In this document: positions 33,071-44,047 of the stretch, one piece after another
Position numbering within the stretch: position 1 is the first letter of the stretch
Layout: every line of letters starts with the position of its first letter
NCBI GenBank assembly: GCA_023267195.1
Contig: JAHFNT010000005.1
Location: 80,875-127,152, forward strand
Length of the DNA: 46,278 bases
Direction: 5' to 3'
Source of the DNA: Candidatus Nomurabacteria bacterium
GTDB lineage: Bacteria; Patescibacteriota; Minisyncoccia; Phycocordibacterales; UBA9973
The notes under the pieces: generated by a model
Seen by the model: only the letters and a program-made list of their open reading frames with translations
Database searches by the model: none
Told to the model about the DNA's origin: nothing
Position numbers and translations under genes: made by a program

Positions 33071-33955
33071 ATGGAAAAAATATCTCAAGAAATCACATTA
33101 TTTGCTGAACCGATCTTTCATTTTGAAAATTTCACCATTACCAACGCGCTTTTGACGAGCTGGGTGGTAGTTGCCATTTTAATTATTCTCTCTTTAGTCT
33201 TGCGTTCAAAGTTGCGGGAAGTCCCTGGTAAATTGCAGAATCTTTTTGAAATAATTATAGAGGGCGCGCTTTCTTTGTGCGATCAGGTGACAAACAGCAG
33301 AGCTCTTTCGATAAAAATTTTCCCAATTGCCATTTCAGTTTTCTTTTTTATTCTTATTAGCAATTGGCTGGGTATCACTCCGCTCGGTGGATTTGGAATT
33401 CTAGAGAAGGGAGAACATGGCCTCCTTTTTGTCCCGTTTTTGCGCGGGGCAACTGCTGATATAAATACTACACTTGCTCTAGCCACCATGGCTGTGCTTG
33501 GCGCAAATATCTTTGGCGTTCTCTCTATAGGCTTATGGAAAACTTTTAACAAATATGTTAATCTAAAAGTGCTCGGCGGAATATTTACAAAAATCCGAGA
33601 GGAGCCGACGATTATTATCGTTGCGCCTATTACGTTCTTTGTTGGTTTAATTGAAATTGTCGGTGAACTTGCAAAAGTTGCCTCGCTTTCTTTCCGTCTT
33701 TTTGGTAATGTATTTGCTGGAGAAGTGCTTTTGGCATCTATGGCGGCCTTGGTGGCTTACTTTATTCCAATACCTTTTCTTTTTCTTGAACTACTTGTAG
33801 GAGTTATTCAAGCGCTTATTTTTTCAATTTTGCTGGTGGTTTACTTTACAATTGGAGCTTCTGATCACGATGAACATGAATCCACCCATAATGCTTCGCA
33901 TAATGAGTCGGGTAGCGGACACAATATTATAAATGAGTCGATTATTATTAATTAA
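33071..33955 (+). CDS. atpB: ATP synthase F0 subunit a
   Basis: LSFRLFGNVFAGE motif with the essential Arg, and a multi-TM profile. It has an unusual His/Ser/Asn-rich C-terminal tail. Confidence 0.9.
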   Translation: MEKISQEITLFAEPIFHFENFTITNALLTSWVVVAILIILSLVLRSKLREVPGKLQNLFEIIIEGALSLCDQVTNSRALSIKIFPIAISVFFFILISNWLGITPLGGFGILEKGEHGLLFVPFLRGATADINTTLALATMAVLGANIFGVLSIGLWKTFNKYVNLKVLGGIFTKIREEPTIIIVAPITFFVGLIEIVGELAKVASLSFRLFGNVFAGEVLLASMAALVAYFIPIPFLFLELLVGVIQALIFSILLVVYFTIGASDHDEHESTHNASHNESGSGHNIINESIIIN

Positions 33956-34177
<222 letters not shown>

Positions 34178-34184
34178 TATTTTT

Positions 34185-34262
34185 CTCCCCCTGCCAAGGG
34201 GGAGTGCCTGAAAGGCAAGGGGGTCAGAGACCCCTCCTCAATCCTCCCCTTCGCAGGGGAGG
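34185..34262 (+). repeat. Cluster of four tandem GC-rich hairpins in the atpE-atpF spacer
   Basis: CTCCCCCT-gcca-AGGGGGAG (34185-34204), GCCT-gaa-AGGC (34206-34216), GGGGTC-aga-GACCCC (34220-34234) and CCTCCCCT-tcgc-AGGGGAGG (34243-34262). Confidence 0.7.
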
Positions 34263-34283
34263 AGGAAATCGGGATATAAATTC

Positions 34284-34745
34284 ATGGAGTCAATTATTTC
34301 AACATTTCACATAGACTGGAAAATTATTATTGCCCAAGCAATAAATTTTGGAGTTGTTTTTGTGGTGCTGTATATTTTTGCTTTGAAACCGCTTTCAAAA
34401 TTGATGACAGAGAGAAGCGAAAAAATAGGCAAGGGTATTCTTGATGCTAAAGCAAACGCAGAAATTCTTGAAAAAACTCGCGCGGAATATAACGAGGTTC
34501 TTTTAAAAGCGAAGGCAGAAGCCAATAAAATTTTTCAAGATGGGAAAAAAGAAGCCGAAGCAAATAAGGCAATAATGCTAGAGGACGCGAAGAAACAAGT
34601 GAGTGTCATGATGGAAAGCGGCAAAAAGACTCTTGAAGCAGAAAAAGTGAAGATGGTAGAAGAGGCAAAAAAAGAAATAATAAATCTTGCCATGCTCGCA
34701 ACAGAAAAATTATTGAAAGATAAGCAGGGGATGAATAATTTATAA
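34284..34745 (+). CDS. atpF: ATP synthase F0 subunit b
   Basis: One N-terminal TM segment and a long charged helix, in operon position. Confidence 0.85.
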   Translation: MESIISTFHIDWKIIIAQAINFGVVFVVLYIFALKPLSKLMTERSEKIGKGILDAKANAEILEKTRAEYNEVLLKAKAEANKIFQDGKKEAEANKAIMLEDAKKQVSVMMESGKKTLEAEKVKMVEEAKKEIINLAMLATEKLLKDKQGMNNL

Positions 34746-34746
34746 T

Positions 34747-35145
34747 ATGGCAGGAATTTCAAACAATAATATAGCCCGCGCGATTTATTTGGCATCAAAA
34801 ACTGATTCGGGTGAAAGTTTTTATAAAAAAGTTGTTCATTTTTTGGCCAAGAAAAGATTAATATCCAAATCAGGAGACATACTTGCTCGTTTAAATAAAA
34901 TAATCAACGAAGAAGAAGGTAGGGCAGTGGCAAAAGTATCCAGTTCTAGGAAATTAGACAGCGATCTAAAAAAAGAATTAGAACAAAAAATTGCTCGCCG
35001 GTATGCCATGAAGACTGCAAATATAATTGAAAATTTGGATGAGAGATTGCTTGGCGGATTTAAAATAGAAGTGAATGATGAAGTTATTGATTTAACTCTA
35101 AAAAATAAAATTAGTCAATTACAAGAATATTTAATTAAGAGCTAA
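34747..35145 (+). CDS. atpH: ATP synthase F1 subunit delta (OSCP), short form
   Basis: 132 aa. The C-terminal [29 protein letters not shown] matches the OSCP C-terminal motif. Lies between b and alpha. Confidence 0.75.
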   Translation: MAGISNNNIARAIYLASKTDSGESFYKKVVHFLAKKRLISKSGDILARLNKIINEEEGRAVAKVSSSRKLDSDLKKELEQKIARRYAMKTANIIENLDERLLGGFKIEVNDEVIDLTLKNKISQLQEYLIKS

Positions 35146-36668
35146 TGAATAATCATATTGTAGAAAATTTAAAAAGAGAAATAGAAAATTTTTCACTCGA
35201 GCTCAAAGTAGAAAAGGTGGGAAAAGTTTTAGAGGTTTTTGATGGAATTGCCAAAGTTTCTGGTTTGTCAGATATTAAATCTTCCGAAATGGTTACTTTT
35301 CCAGGGGGGGAGATTGGTGTGGCTCTCAATCTGGAAGAAGATGCAGTTGGTGTTATTATTTTAGGTGACTTTTCAAAAATCAAAGAAGGAGACGAAGTCA
35401 AAGCAACAGGCAGAATATTGGAAATTCCAGTGGGTGATAATATTTTGGGTCGCGTGGTGAATGCGATCGGTGTGCCGATAGATGGAAAGGGGGTAATTAA
35501 AGGAAATAATCCTTCGACAAGCTCAGGACTTTCAGCTTATCCGATTGAAAAAGTTGCTCCTGGAGTTGTGACTCGTCTTTCTGTCGATCAGCCAGTCGCT
35601 ACAGGTATTAAAGTTATTGATGCTATTATTCCCGTCGGTCGCGGACAGCGTGAGCTTATTATCGGCGATAGACAGACAGGCAAAACTGCGCTTGCAATTG
35701 ATGCAATTTTAAATCAGAAAGGCCAAAACATGATCTGCGTATATGTTTCTATTGGGCAGAAAGATTCAAAACTTCGAAAAATTGAAGCTCGTCTCGAAGA
35801 AGGCGGCGCTATGGCATACACTGTGATCGTTTCCGCCGGAGCTTCGGAAGCTGCCTCGCTTTCATATATTGCGCCCTATACTGGAGTCTCTATCGCTGAA
35901 TATTTTATGGATAAAGGCAAAGATGTTTTAATTATATATGATGATCTTTCTAAGCACGCTGTCGCTTATCGAGAAATTTCCTTGCTGCTTCGCCGACCAC
36001 CAGGCCGAGAAGCTTATCCGGGAGACGTTTTCTATTTGCATTCACGTTTGCTTGAACGCGCTTGCCGAAGAAATGAAAAATACGGAGGAGGATCAATCAC
36101 CGCTTTCCCGATTATTGAAACTCAGGCGGGTGATATCTCCGCATATATTCCGACAAATGTTATTTCAATTACCGATGGACAGATTTTCTTGGAGACTGAT
36201 CTTTTCTACAAAGGAATTCGCCCGGCTGTAAACGTCGGTTCTTCAGTATCTCGCGTGGGGGGAACTGCTCAAATAAAAGCTATGAAAAAAGTAGCTGGAA
36301 CTCTCAAGCTTGACCTAGCGCAGTTTCGTGAACTTGAAGCCTTTGCGCAGTTTGGTTCTGATCTTGACGACAATACGAAGCGCCAGCTCGAACGCGGCAA
36401 AAGAGCGGTGGAAGTTTTGAAACAACTTCAATATGCACCAGTGAAGACAGAGCATCAAGTCGTCACTCTTTATGCTCTGACGAATGGATTTATGGACGAT
36501 ATTGCGCTTGAAAAAATAAAAGAATTTGAGCAAGGACTCACAGATTATAGTGAGCGCAATGCAAAAGTTTTCTACAAGCAAATTGCAGAAAAGAAAATGT
36601 GGGATGAAAAAGGTGAAGAAGAGTTAAAAAAAGTAATTCAAGATTTTAAATTAAGTTTTCAAAAGTAG
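35145..36668 (+). CDS. atpA: ATP synthase F1 subunit alpha
   Basis: GDRQTGKT Walker A, and family-typical motifs throughout. Confidence 0.95.
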   Translation: MNNHIVENLKREIENFSLELKVEKVGKVLEVFDGIAKVSGLSDIKSSEMVTFPGGEIGVALNLEEDAVGVIILGDFSKIKEGDEVKATGRILEIPVGDNILGRVVNAIGVPIDGKGVIKGNNPSTSSGLSAYPIEKVAPGVVTRLSVDQPVATGIKVIDAIIPVGRGQRELIIGDRQTGKTALAIDAILNQKGQNMICVYVSIGQKDSKLRKIEARLEEGGAMAYTVIVSAGASEAASLSYIAPYTGVSIAEYFMDKGKDVLIIYDDLSKHAVAYREISLLLRRPPGREAYPGDVFYLHSRLLERACRRNEKYGGGSITAFPIIETQAGDISAYIPTNVISITDGQIFLETDLFYKGIRPAVNVGSSVSRVGGTAQIKAMKKVAGTLKLDLAQFRELEAFAQFGSDLDDNTKRQLERGKRAVEVLKQLQYAPVKTEHQVVTLYALTNGFMDDIALEKIKEFEQGLTDYSERNAKVFYKQIAEKKMWDEKGEEELKKVIQDFKLSFQK

Positions 36669-36683
36669 TTCTAAATAAATAAA

Positions 36684-37589
36684 ATGGCTGGCACTAAAGA
36701 AATTAAAAGAAGAATAAAGAGTGTGAAAAACACCAAGAAAATCACCAAGGCGATGGAACTCGTGGCGGCTTCAAAGATGAAGCGCGCGGTTTCTTCTACT
36801 TTAGCTTCGCGTTTATACGCCGGATATTCTTGGGAACTTCTTGTTTCAGTGGCCAAAAATGGTGACAAGATAGACCATCCGCTTTTTCTAGAACGCACCA
36901 AGGAAGAAACCAAAGGCAAGGCTTTGCTACTTTTAATTACTTCTAATCGTGGACTTTGCGGGGCCTATAATGCGCAAATTATCAAAAAAACCCTTGCTCT
37001 AATTAAGGGTTTTAAGGTAGATGTAATTTCAATAGGAAAAAAGGGAGATGTCGCAATGCGTCGTGTGAACCAAAATGTCTTAGCTAGTTTTTTTGAAATT
37101 CCAGACAATATTTCTATTTCTGATGTCACTCCCATAGCCAATCTTTTAATAAACGAATACAGTTTGGGAAATTATGATAAGGTTTTTGTTGCTTACACTG
37201 ATTTTGTTTCTGCTCTCACCCAAAAGCCAAATATTAGACAAGTTCTTCCAGTTTCTAAGACAGAATTGAAGGAACTGATAGAAAATTTGGGAGAAAATGA
37301 ACAAAATATAAATAAAGTATCTGGGGAGTTAACAGATTATTTGTTTGAGGGAGATAAGCAAAAATTAATAGGTGAATTGGCAGAAAAAATTACCAAAATG
37401 CAGATATATCAAATGCTTCTTGAATCTAATGCCTCAGAGCAATCTTCTAGGATGATGGCGATGAAGAATGCGAGCGAAGCTTCTGGAGAAATGATTGATG
37501 ATCTCACGTTGATGTTTAACAAAGCGCGACAGGCAAATATTACCAGGGAGATATCAGAAATTAGCGCAGGCATGGTGAGTGTCAACTAA
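36684..37589 (+). CDS. atpG: ATP synthase F1 subunit gamma
   Basis: ITKAMELVAASKMKRA N-terminal helix and a QANITREISEI C-terminal helix. Confidence 0.9.
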   Translation: MAGTKEIKRRIKSVKNTKKITKAMELVAASKMKRAVSSTLASRLYAGYSWELLVSVAKNGDKIDHPLFLERTKEETKGKALLLLITSNRGLCGAYNAQIIKKTLALIKGFKVDVISIGKKGDVAMRRVNQNVLASFFEIPDNISISDVTPIANLLINEYSLGNYDKVFVAYTDFVSALTQKPNIRQVLPVSKTELKELIENLGENEQNINKVSGELTDYLFEGDKQKLIGELAEKITKMQIYQMLLESNASEQSSRMMAMKNASEASGEMIDDLTLMFNKARQANITREISEISAGMVSVN

Positions 37590-37623
37590 GAATTACAAAT
37601 TAAGAATTAAAAATTAATTATAA

Positions 37624-39009
<1,386 letters not shown>

Positions 39010-39084
39010 AATACCTGTCCCGTACTAAATTTTTGATTACGGGGCATAAAGATTAATATTATTATTTAAAATTTTAGTACTGGG

Positions 39085-39528
39085 ATGGCTAAACAACTCA
39101 AACTTAAAATTGTCACTCCAGAACGTCTTGTTTTGGAAGAAATGGTAGACCAGGTAAGTCTGCCTACGACTCTAGGAGAAATTACTGTATTGCCAGAGCA
39201 TATTCCTCTCATAACAAGTCTTACGGCTGGAGATGTTGTTGCGTTCATCAATGGCGAGCACGCGCCTATGGCGGTTGTGGGTGGTTTCGTAGAAGTGAAA
39301 AATGTAAATAATATTACTGAAGTTGCAGTATTGGCAGATTTTGCGGAGCATGTATCAGAACTATCTGACGAAAAAATAGAACAGGCTAAAGCTCGCGCGG
39401 AAGAATTGAAACAATTGATGCAAAATAAAGAGCATGTAGATTTTGAACATTTTGAAGCTGAGCTGGAGCGCTCACTCACTCGGGTAAAAATTGCAGATAA
39501 ATGGAGGACGAGAAAATATAGAAAATAA
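39085..39528 (+). CDS. atpC: ATP synthase F1 subunit epsilon
   Basis: N-terminal beta-sandwich pattern (LKIVTPERLV...GEITVLPEHIPLIT) and a C-terminal helical hairpin. Confidence 0.85.
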   Translation: MAKQLKLKIVTPERLVLEEMVDQVSLPTTLGEITVLPEHIPLITSLTAGDVVAFINGEHAPMAVVGGFVEVKNVNNITEVAVLADFAEHVSELSDEKIEQAKARAEELKQLMQNKEHVDFEHFEAELERSLTRVKIADKWRTRKYRK

Positions 39529-39563
39529 AAAACGTCCAGTTTAGAAAGAGCAAGAAAAAATCA

Positions 39564-40328
39564 ATGAAAAATCCTGATAATTTAAAACCACGTACACCCT
39601 TTAAGGAAGATTTAAAACAAGCTTCTGTTTCTCTAAAGGCAACTAATGATCCTGAAAAATTTTATCATCTAGATTCTGCACCGGGAAAGATTTTTAGACC
39701 AATGGGAAGAGTGTATCCTGAAACCACTCAAGAGCACGTAAGGGAGATCAAGGAAGTGTTTAAGGGATTGAGTACTCATGGAATAAATATACCCCAAGTG
39801 GATTTTGTTGTAGGTGAGCTTGGGTGGCGAAATACCCCGAAATTAATTGCTATGGTAGATGAAATAAAGGGCAAAAATTTACACGACATGCTTGATTTTG
39901 CCAAGTCTGCAAAAGAAAAAGAATTTGTTAAAAATCTTGTACAGGATTTATTTCTAAAGCTTATAGAATACATTTTTTCAGTCGAAAAAAATAAAAGCAG
40001 TTTTGTTCGTGATCTCTATAAACCAGCAGATTACATGTACGGAAAAGCCAGAGGAGATGATAAAGATAAACTTTACTTAATTGATTTAGACCCCTATTTC
40101 CATATTTTTTCTGAAAACGATAAAAATGATGACTTCAAAGAACGCGATAGATCAAATGATTTATTAACCCGAATTCAATTTTTTTCTAAAGTCATTCTAT
40201 ATTGGGAAGAAAGACTTGGTTTGAGATTTGATAAAATAAGAAAATTTATAAAAGAAATGCTAAATACTGAACCAAAAAATATGCCTGCCCAAGCCTTTGC
40301 GTTCGAATTTAAAATTAGAGCAAAATAA
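39564..40328 (+). CDS. Hypothetical protein with protein-kinase-like catalytic-loop motifs
   Basis: VRDLYKPADYMYG resembles HRDLKPxN. LYLIDLDPYF resembles the DFG/IDxD metal-binding strand. No clear glycine-rich loop. Confidence 0.4.
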   Translation: MKNPDNLKPRTPFKEDLKQASVSLKATNDPEKFYHLDSAPGKIFRPMGRVYPETTQEHVREIKEVFKGLSTHGINIPQVDFVVGELGWRNTPKLIAMVDEIKGKNLHDMLDFAKSAKEKEFVKNLVQDLFLKLIEYIFSVEKNKSSFVRDLYKPADYMYGKARGDDKDKLYLIDLDPYFHIFSENDKNDDFKERDRSNDLLTRIQFFSKVILYWEERLGLRFDKIRKFIKEMLNTEPKNMPAQAFAFEFKIRAK

Positions 40329-40329
40329 T

Positions 40330-41007
40330 ATGTCAAAATTTTACATCGTTGCTACACCGATCGGGAATATGGGAGACATCACACTCCGAGCTATTGAGAC
40401 GCTTAAGAGTGTTGATTTAGTTTTGTGCGAAGATACTCGGGAGACGAAAAAAATTTTAGATAAATATAATATTAACAAGCCGACCATGAGCTATCATGCT
40501 CAAAGCAAGCTTGCCAAAACAGACAAGATTTTTGAATTATTGGTGGAAGGAAAAGATCTAGCTTTGGTCTCAGATGCTGGTACTCCGGGGATTTCTGATC
40601 CGGGCGCTCTGCTTGTTTCAAAAATAAAAGAGAAATTTAAAGACGAAGAAGTAAAAGTAGTTCCAATTCCTGGGGCCACAGCTTTGATCACAGCGCTTTC
40701 TGGTTCAGGATTACCAACTCATGAATTTACTTTTCTTGGTTTTTTACCGCACAAAAAAGGACGAGAGACTTTATTCAAAGAGATTGCCTTAGCGAAAAGA
40801 ACGATGGTTTTTTATGAATCACCGCACCGAATTTTAAAAACACTCGAATCACTGGTAAAATTTTGCCCCAATAAAAAAGTCTGTGTTGCACGAGAACTGA
40901 CGAAAATTTATGAAGAATTTAAAACCGGAACCCCTGTAGAAATTCTTGAATATTTTAATAAAAACAAAGATATACAAAGAGGAGAGTTTACAGTAATTGT
41001 GGCTTAA
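40330..41007 (+). CDS. rsmI: 16S rRNA (cytidine1402-2'-O)-methyltransferase RsmI
   Basis: ATG at 40330 (MSKFYIVATPIGNMGDITLRAIETLKSVDLVLCEDTR). Tetrapyrrole-methylase fold signature of RsmI. Confidence 0.9.
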   Translation: MSKFYIVATPIGNMGDITLRAIETLKSVDLVLCEDTRETKKILDKYNINKPTMSYHAQSKLAKTDKIFELLVEGKDLALVSDAGTPGISDPGALLVSKIKEKFKDEEVKVVPIPGATALITALSGSGLPTHEFTFLGFLPHKKGRETLFKEIALAKRTMVFYESPHRILKTLESLVKFCPNKKVCVARELTKIYEEFKTGTPVEILEYFNKNKDIQRGEFTVIVA

Positions 41008-41010
41008 AAT

Positions 41011-42975
41011 TTACAACAAATCTTCCGGGTCTACGAATATTTCGAAAGAAAGAGGCAGGGAAGTAAGTTTAGCTAGGAGATCTTCATCAATAGAGCCATT
41101 TAGAGAAAGCGCTGGTAGGGACCACTTCTTGGTGTCCATTTTTATGAGGGTGTTGGTCAGATACTTGCCCTTTAATCGTTCCACAAAACCGCTAAAGATC
41201 TCGGGAGAATATTCTTTGAAAATTTCCTCGAGCATCTTTCTAGATTTTACTGTTTGTTCTTTGTCGCCCAGGTAGGTGATTTTTATAAAACGCTTAAAAG
41301 GCGGGTAACTCATTTTTTTTCTATCCTCCAACTCTTCGCGGATGAAAGACAAAAGATTGCCGGATTTAATTGCCAGAAGCGCGCTGTTATTTTCATTTTT
41401 TGTTTGGATGATTAGAGACCCGCTGGTATTTTGGAGCAGGGAAAGTATAAGTTGGATAATTTTTTCATTCATTCTAAAATTTGGAATATTCCACAATGAA
41501 TCAAAAGAAGCAATGATAGACAATGGTACCTTATTTTTTAGATAGAAAAATGACATTTCTGTGCCTATCAAAATTGCCCCTGCATTTCCCTCAAATTCTT
41601 TTATAATTTTTTTTGCGCCCTGACTTGTTCTCGCGGACTCTTTATCTAATTTAAAAATTTTAATTTCAGGAAAAAGTCTCTCCGCTTCTTCATATACTGT
41701 GTCAGTGCCGATTCCGAGCGGCAGCAGATTCCAGCTTTGGCAAGATCTGCATACAATATCTCCATCCAAATCCACCTGGCATCTATTGCAGACAAACATT
41801 CTTTTTTTACCTTGATGTGATGTGTAAAGTACCAACGGTGCCCCGCATTTTTCACAGCTTAGCGTATCACCGCAATTTTTGCATATTGTCATTGTTGCTA
41901 GCCCTTTTCTCAAAGAGAAAATAAATACGTTTTTTTTATTTCCAAGTGCCAGTTTTATTTCTTCTATGCTTTGATCAGATAATATTTGGAATTTGCATTC
42001 CGCCCCTTTCTCACCATTATTCTGTTCCTTAGATTTTTTTTCTCCGAATTTTATAATTTGCTCAGAATCTATTCTGAAAGATAATGGGTGGAGAGAATTC
42101 AAATTGTCGCTATCTTTTCTACTAATTGTCTCGAAACGCAATAGTTCATCCGCCAAGATGAATTTCGCATTTATTTTTGAAGCATAAATTTCAGCGAAAA
42201 TTCTAAGGTCAAAATATGGTCTCTGAAACATATTGTATGCGTTCGAGCTTTCGTGCTCTAAAATTATTACACCAATATCTCTTTTTGGTACAGATAAAAA
42301 TGGCGGGGTTCCAATGATGAGTATTGGATGAGAGGATTCTAGGATTTTTTCACATGTAGAAATATTTTTTTTCGGGTTTAATCCACTATGTAGGGTGAAA
42401 GTGAATTGTTCTATGCCTTTTTTGAGCTGATCCCCAAATTTTTCAATATCAAATTCGGTTGGTAAAACCAGGAAGACTGATTTATTCCTAGCAAAAGATT
42501 CTCGGACAAGGGTTTTGTATATCGATATGCGATCTTCGAGCGGGTATTGAAGAAGCAGTTTTTCCGCCCTTATGTTTAGTTTGTTTTCTAAAATTACTTT
42601 CTCCTTATTTAAGGCGTTAGTTATTTTTGCTAGCCTATCATATTTTTCTATAAAAATACTTGGAATCAAGGATAAAGTAGAGCTATTTTTGTTTTGCGCA
42701 AAATATTTACCAGTATCAAAAACGCTATCTAAAAATTCTGGACTAAACACAGAAGGTCCTTTGTTCTTAGTCACTTTCCGTAAATTAAAATTCATCCCTT
42801 TGATATCACTTTTTGCTTCTTTCAATTCTTCCACCGAAGTCACGAGGGCGAGTGTTTCTTTGATTCGGATGGGGACAGAAACAATATCTCCAACCTTAAT
42901 TTCAAGATTAGAAAAATAGGTCAAATCGCCTTTAAAAACAGTTTTTTTAAGTGGAATTACAGATATAATTTTCAT
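41011..42975 (-). CDS. priA: Primosomal protein N' (PriA) homologue with degenerate helicase ATPase motifs
   Basis: N-terminal 3'-DNA-binding-domain pattern, LHSGL motif and Cys-rich zinc region (CKNCGD..CEKCGAPL...CNRC...CRSC). The Walker A and DEEH positions are replaced. See findings. Confidence 0.75.
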   Translation of the reverse strand: MKIISVIPLKKTVFKGDLTYFSNLEIKVGDIVSVPIRIKETLALVTSVEELKEAKSDIKGMNFNLRKVTKNKGPSVFSPEFLDSVFDTGKYFAQNKNSSTLSLIPSIFIEKYDRLAKITNALNKEKVILENKLNIRAEKLLLQYPLEDRISIYKTLVRESFARNKSVFLVLPTEFDIEKFGDQLKKGIEQFTFTLHSGLNPKKNISTCEKILESSHPILIIGTPPFLSVPKRDIGVIILEHESSNAYNMFQRPYFDLRIFAEIYASKINAKFILADELLRFETISRKDSDNLNSLHPLSFRIDSEQIIKFGEKKSKEQNNGEKGAECKFQILSDQSIEEIKLALGNKKNVFIFSLRKGLATMTICKNCGDTLSCEKCGAPLVLYTSHQGKKRMFVCNRCQVDLDGDIVCRSCQSWNLLPLGIGTDTVYEEAERLFPEIKIFKLDKESARTSQGAKKIIKEFEGNAGAILIGTEMSFFYLKNKVPLSIIASFDSLWNIPNFRMNEKIIQLILSLLQNTSGSLIIQTKNENNSALLAIKSGNLLSFIREELEDRKKMSYPPFKRFIKITYLGDKEQTVKSRKMLEEIFKEYSPEIFSGFVERLKGKYLTNTLIKMDTKKWSLPALSLNGSIDEDLLAKLTSLPLSFEIFVDPEDLL

Positions 42976-43007
42976 ATTTTTACTTATTTCATTCTAGCAT
43001 AAAGATG

Positions 43008-43016
43008 TGTTATATT
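43008..43016 (+). promoter_or_regulatory. Extended -10 box TGTTATATT ending 6 nt before the mreB ATG at 43023
   Basis: Read directly from the sequence. It supports the 43023 start rather than the track start at 43005. Confidence 0.45.
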
Positions 43017-43022
43017 AGCTTC

Positions 43023-44036
43023 ATGGGATTTTTTTCAAGAAAATTAGGAATAGATTTAGGTACGGCCAATACTTTGGTATTTATGCCTGGCAAAGGCATT
43101 GTTTTGAACGAGCCTTCAGTCGTGGCGGTTTCTGAACAGGATAATAAAATTTTAGCTATTGGTTTTGAAGCGAAGGATATGATTGGTAAAACCCCAGACA
43201 ATATTATCACTTATTGTCCCATGAAAGATGGAGTGATTGCGGATTATCGCGTGACGGAAGCGATGCTTCATTATTTTATTAATAAAGCCATGGGGAAGTT
43301 CAGCTTTTTTAAACCAGATGTGATGGTTTCTGTGCCGGCAGGGGTCACTTCTACAGAAAGACGAGCAGTGGTAGAAGCGGCAGTGCGCGCAGGAGCCAGA
43401 AACGCATATGTCGTCAAAGAACCGATCCTGGCAGCCATCGGCGCCGGTATTCCGATTTATGAATCGAAGGGTTATATGGTAGTAGATATTGGTGGGGGTA
43501 CTACAGATGTGGCGGTAATTTCTCTAGGTGGAATTGTGGCTTCAACTTCAGTGAAATGCGCTGGCAATAAAATAGATGCAGCCATAGCGGATTATATTAA
43601 AAAAACTTTTAACTTAGCAATAGGTGATAGGACAGCCGAAGAAGTAAAAATAAAAATTGGCGCGGCAGTTCCACTAGAAGAAGAATTGCGTGTAACTATC
43701 AAGGGGCGAGATTTTATTCAGGGGTTGCCCCGGAGCGCTCAAGTTGGAACTAATGAAATAGTAAAAGCCATAGATGGAGAATTAAGGCAAATCATAAAAG
43801 CTATCAAAGACGTATTACAAGAAACTCCCCCAGAACTCGCTTCTGATATCATAGACCACGGAATAATTATGACCGGTGGTTCTTCTCAGTTGCGCAATTT
43901 TACTGATTTAGTTTACCGAAAAACCGGAGTGAAGGCGGCGCTGGCGGAAGATCCTCTTTTTTGCGTAGTGAAAGGTACGGGCATTGCTCTTGAGCATTTG
44001 GATGTTTACAAGAAAACTGTTTTAGCAAAAAAATAA
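43023..44036 (+). CDS. mreB: Rod-shape determining actin homologue MreB
   Basis: GIDLGTANTLV phosphate-1, DIGGGTTDVAV phosphate-2 and MTGGSSQL adenosine motifs. Confidence 0.95.
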   Translation: MGFFSRKLGIDLGTANTLVFMPGKGIVLNEPSVVAVSEQDNKILAIGFEAKDMIGKTPDNIITYCPMKDGVIADYRVTEAMLHYFINKAMGKFSFFKPDVMVSVPAGVTSTERRAVVEAAVRAGARNAYVVKEPILAAIGAGIPIYESKGYMVVDIGGGTTDVAVISLGGIVASTSVKCAGNKIDAAIADYIKKTFNLAIGDRTAEEVKIKIGAAVPLEEELRVTIKGRDFIQGLPRSAQVGTNEIVKAIDGELRQIIKAIKDVLQETPPELASDIIDHGIIMTGGSSQLRNFTDLVYRKTGVKAALAEDPLFCVVKGTGIALEHLDVYKKTVLAKK

Positions 44037-44047
44037 CCAAAGAAAAC

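Noticed and set aside
39066-39479. Long antisense ORFs inside well-supported genes. Examples are 39066-39479 in atpC, 45342-45764 in rseP, 23942-24376 across obg/gatB, 6371-6820 in ftsZ and 7003-7434 in ftsA.
   Set aside because: Each lies opposite a gene with unambiguous family motifs. They have low-complexity Ser/Phe/Leu/Ile/Lys-rich translations typical of the reverse frames of A+T-rich genes, and no start-site signals.
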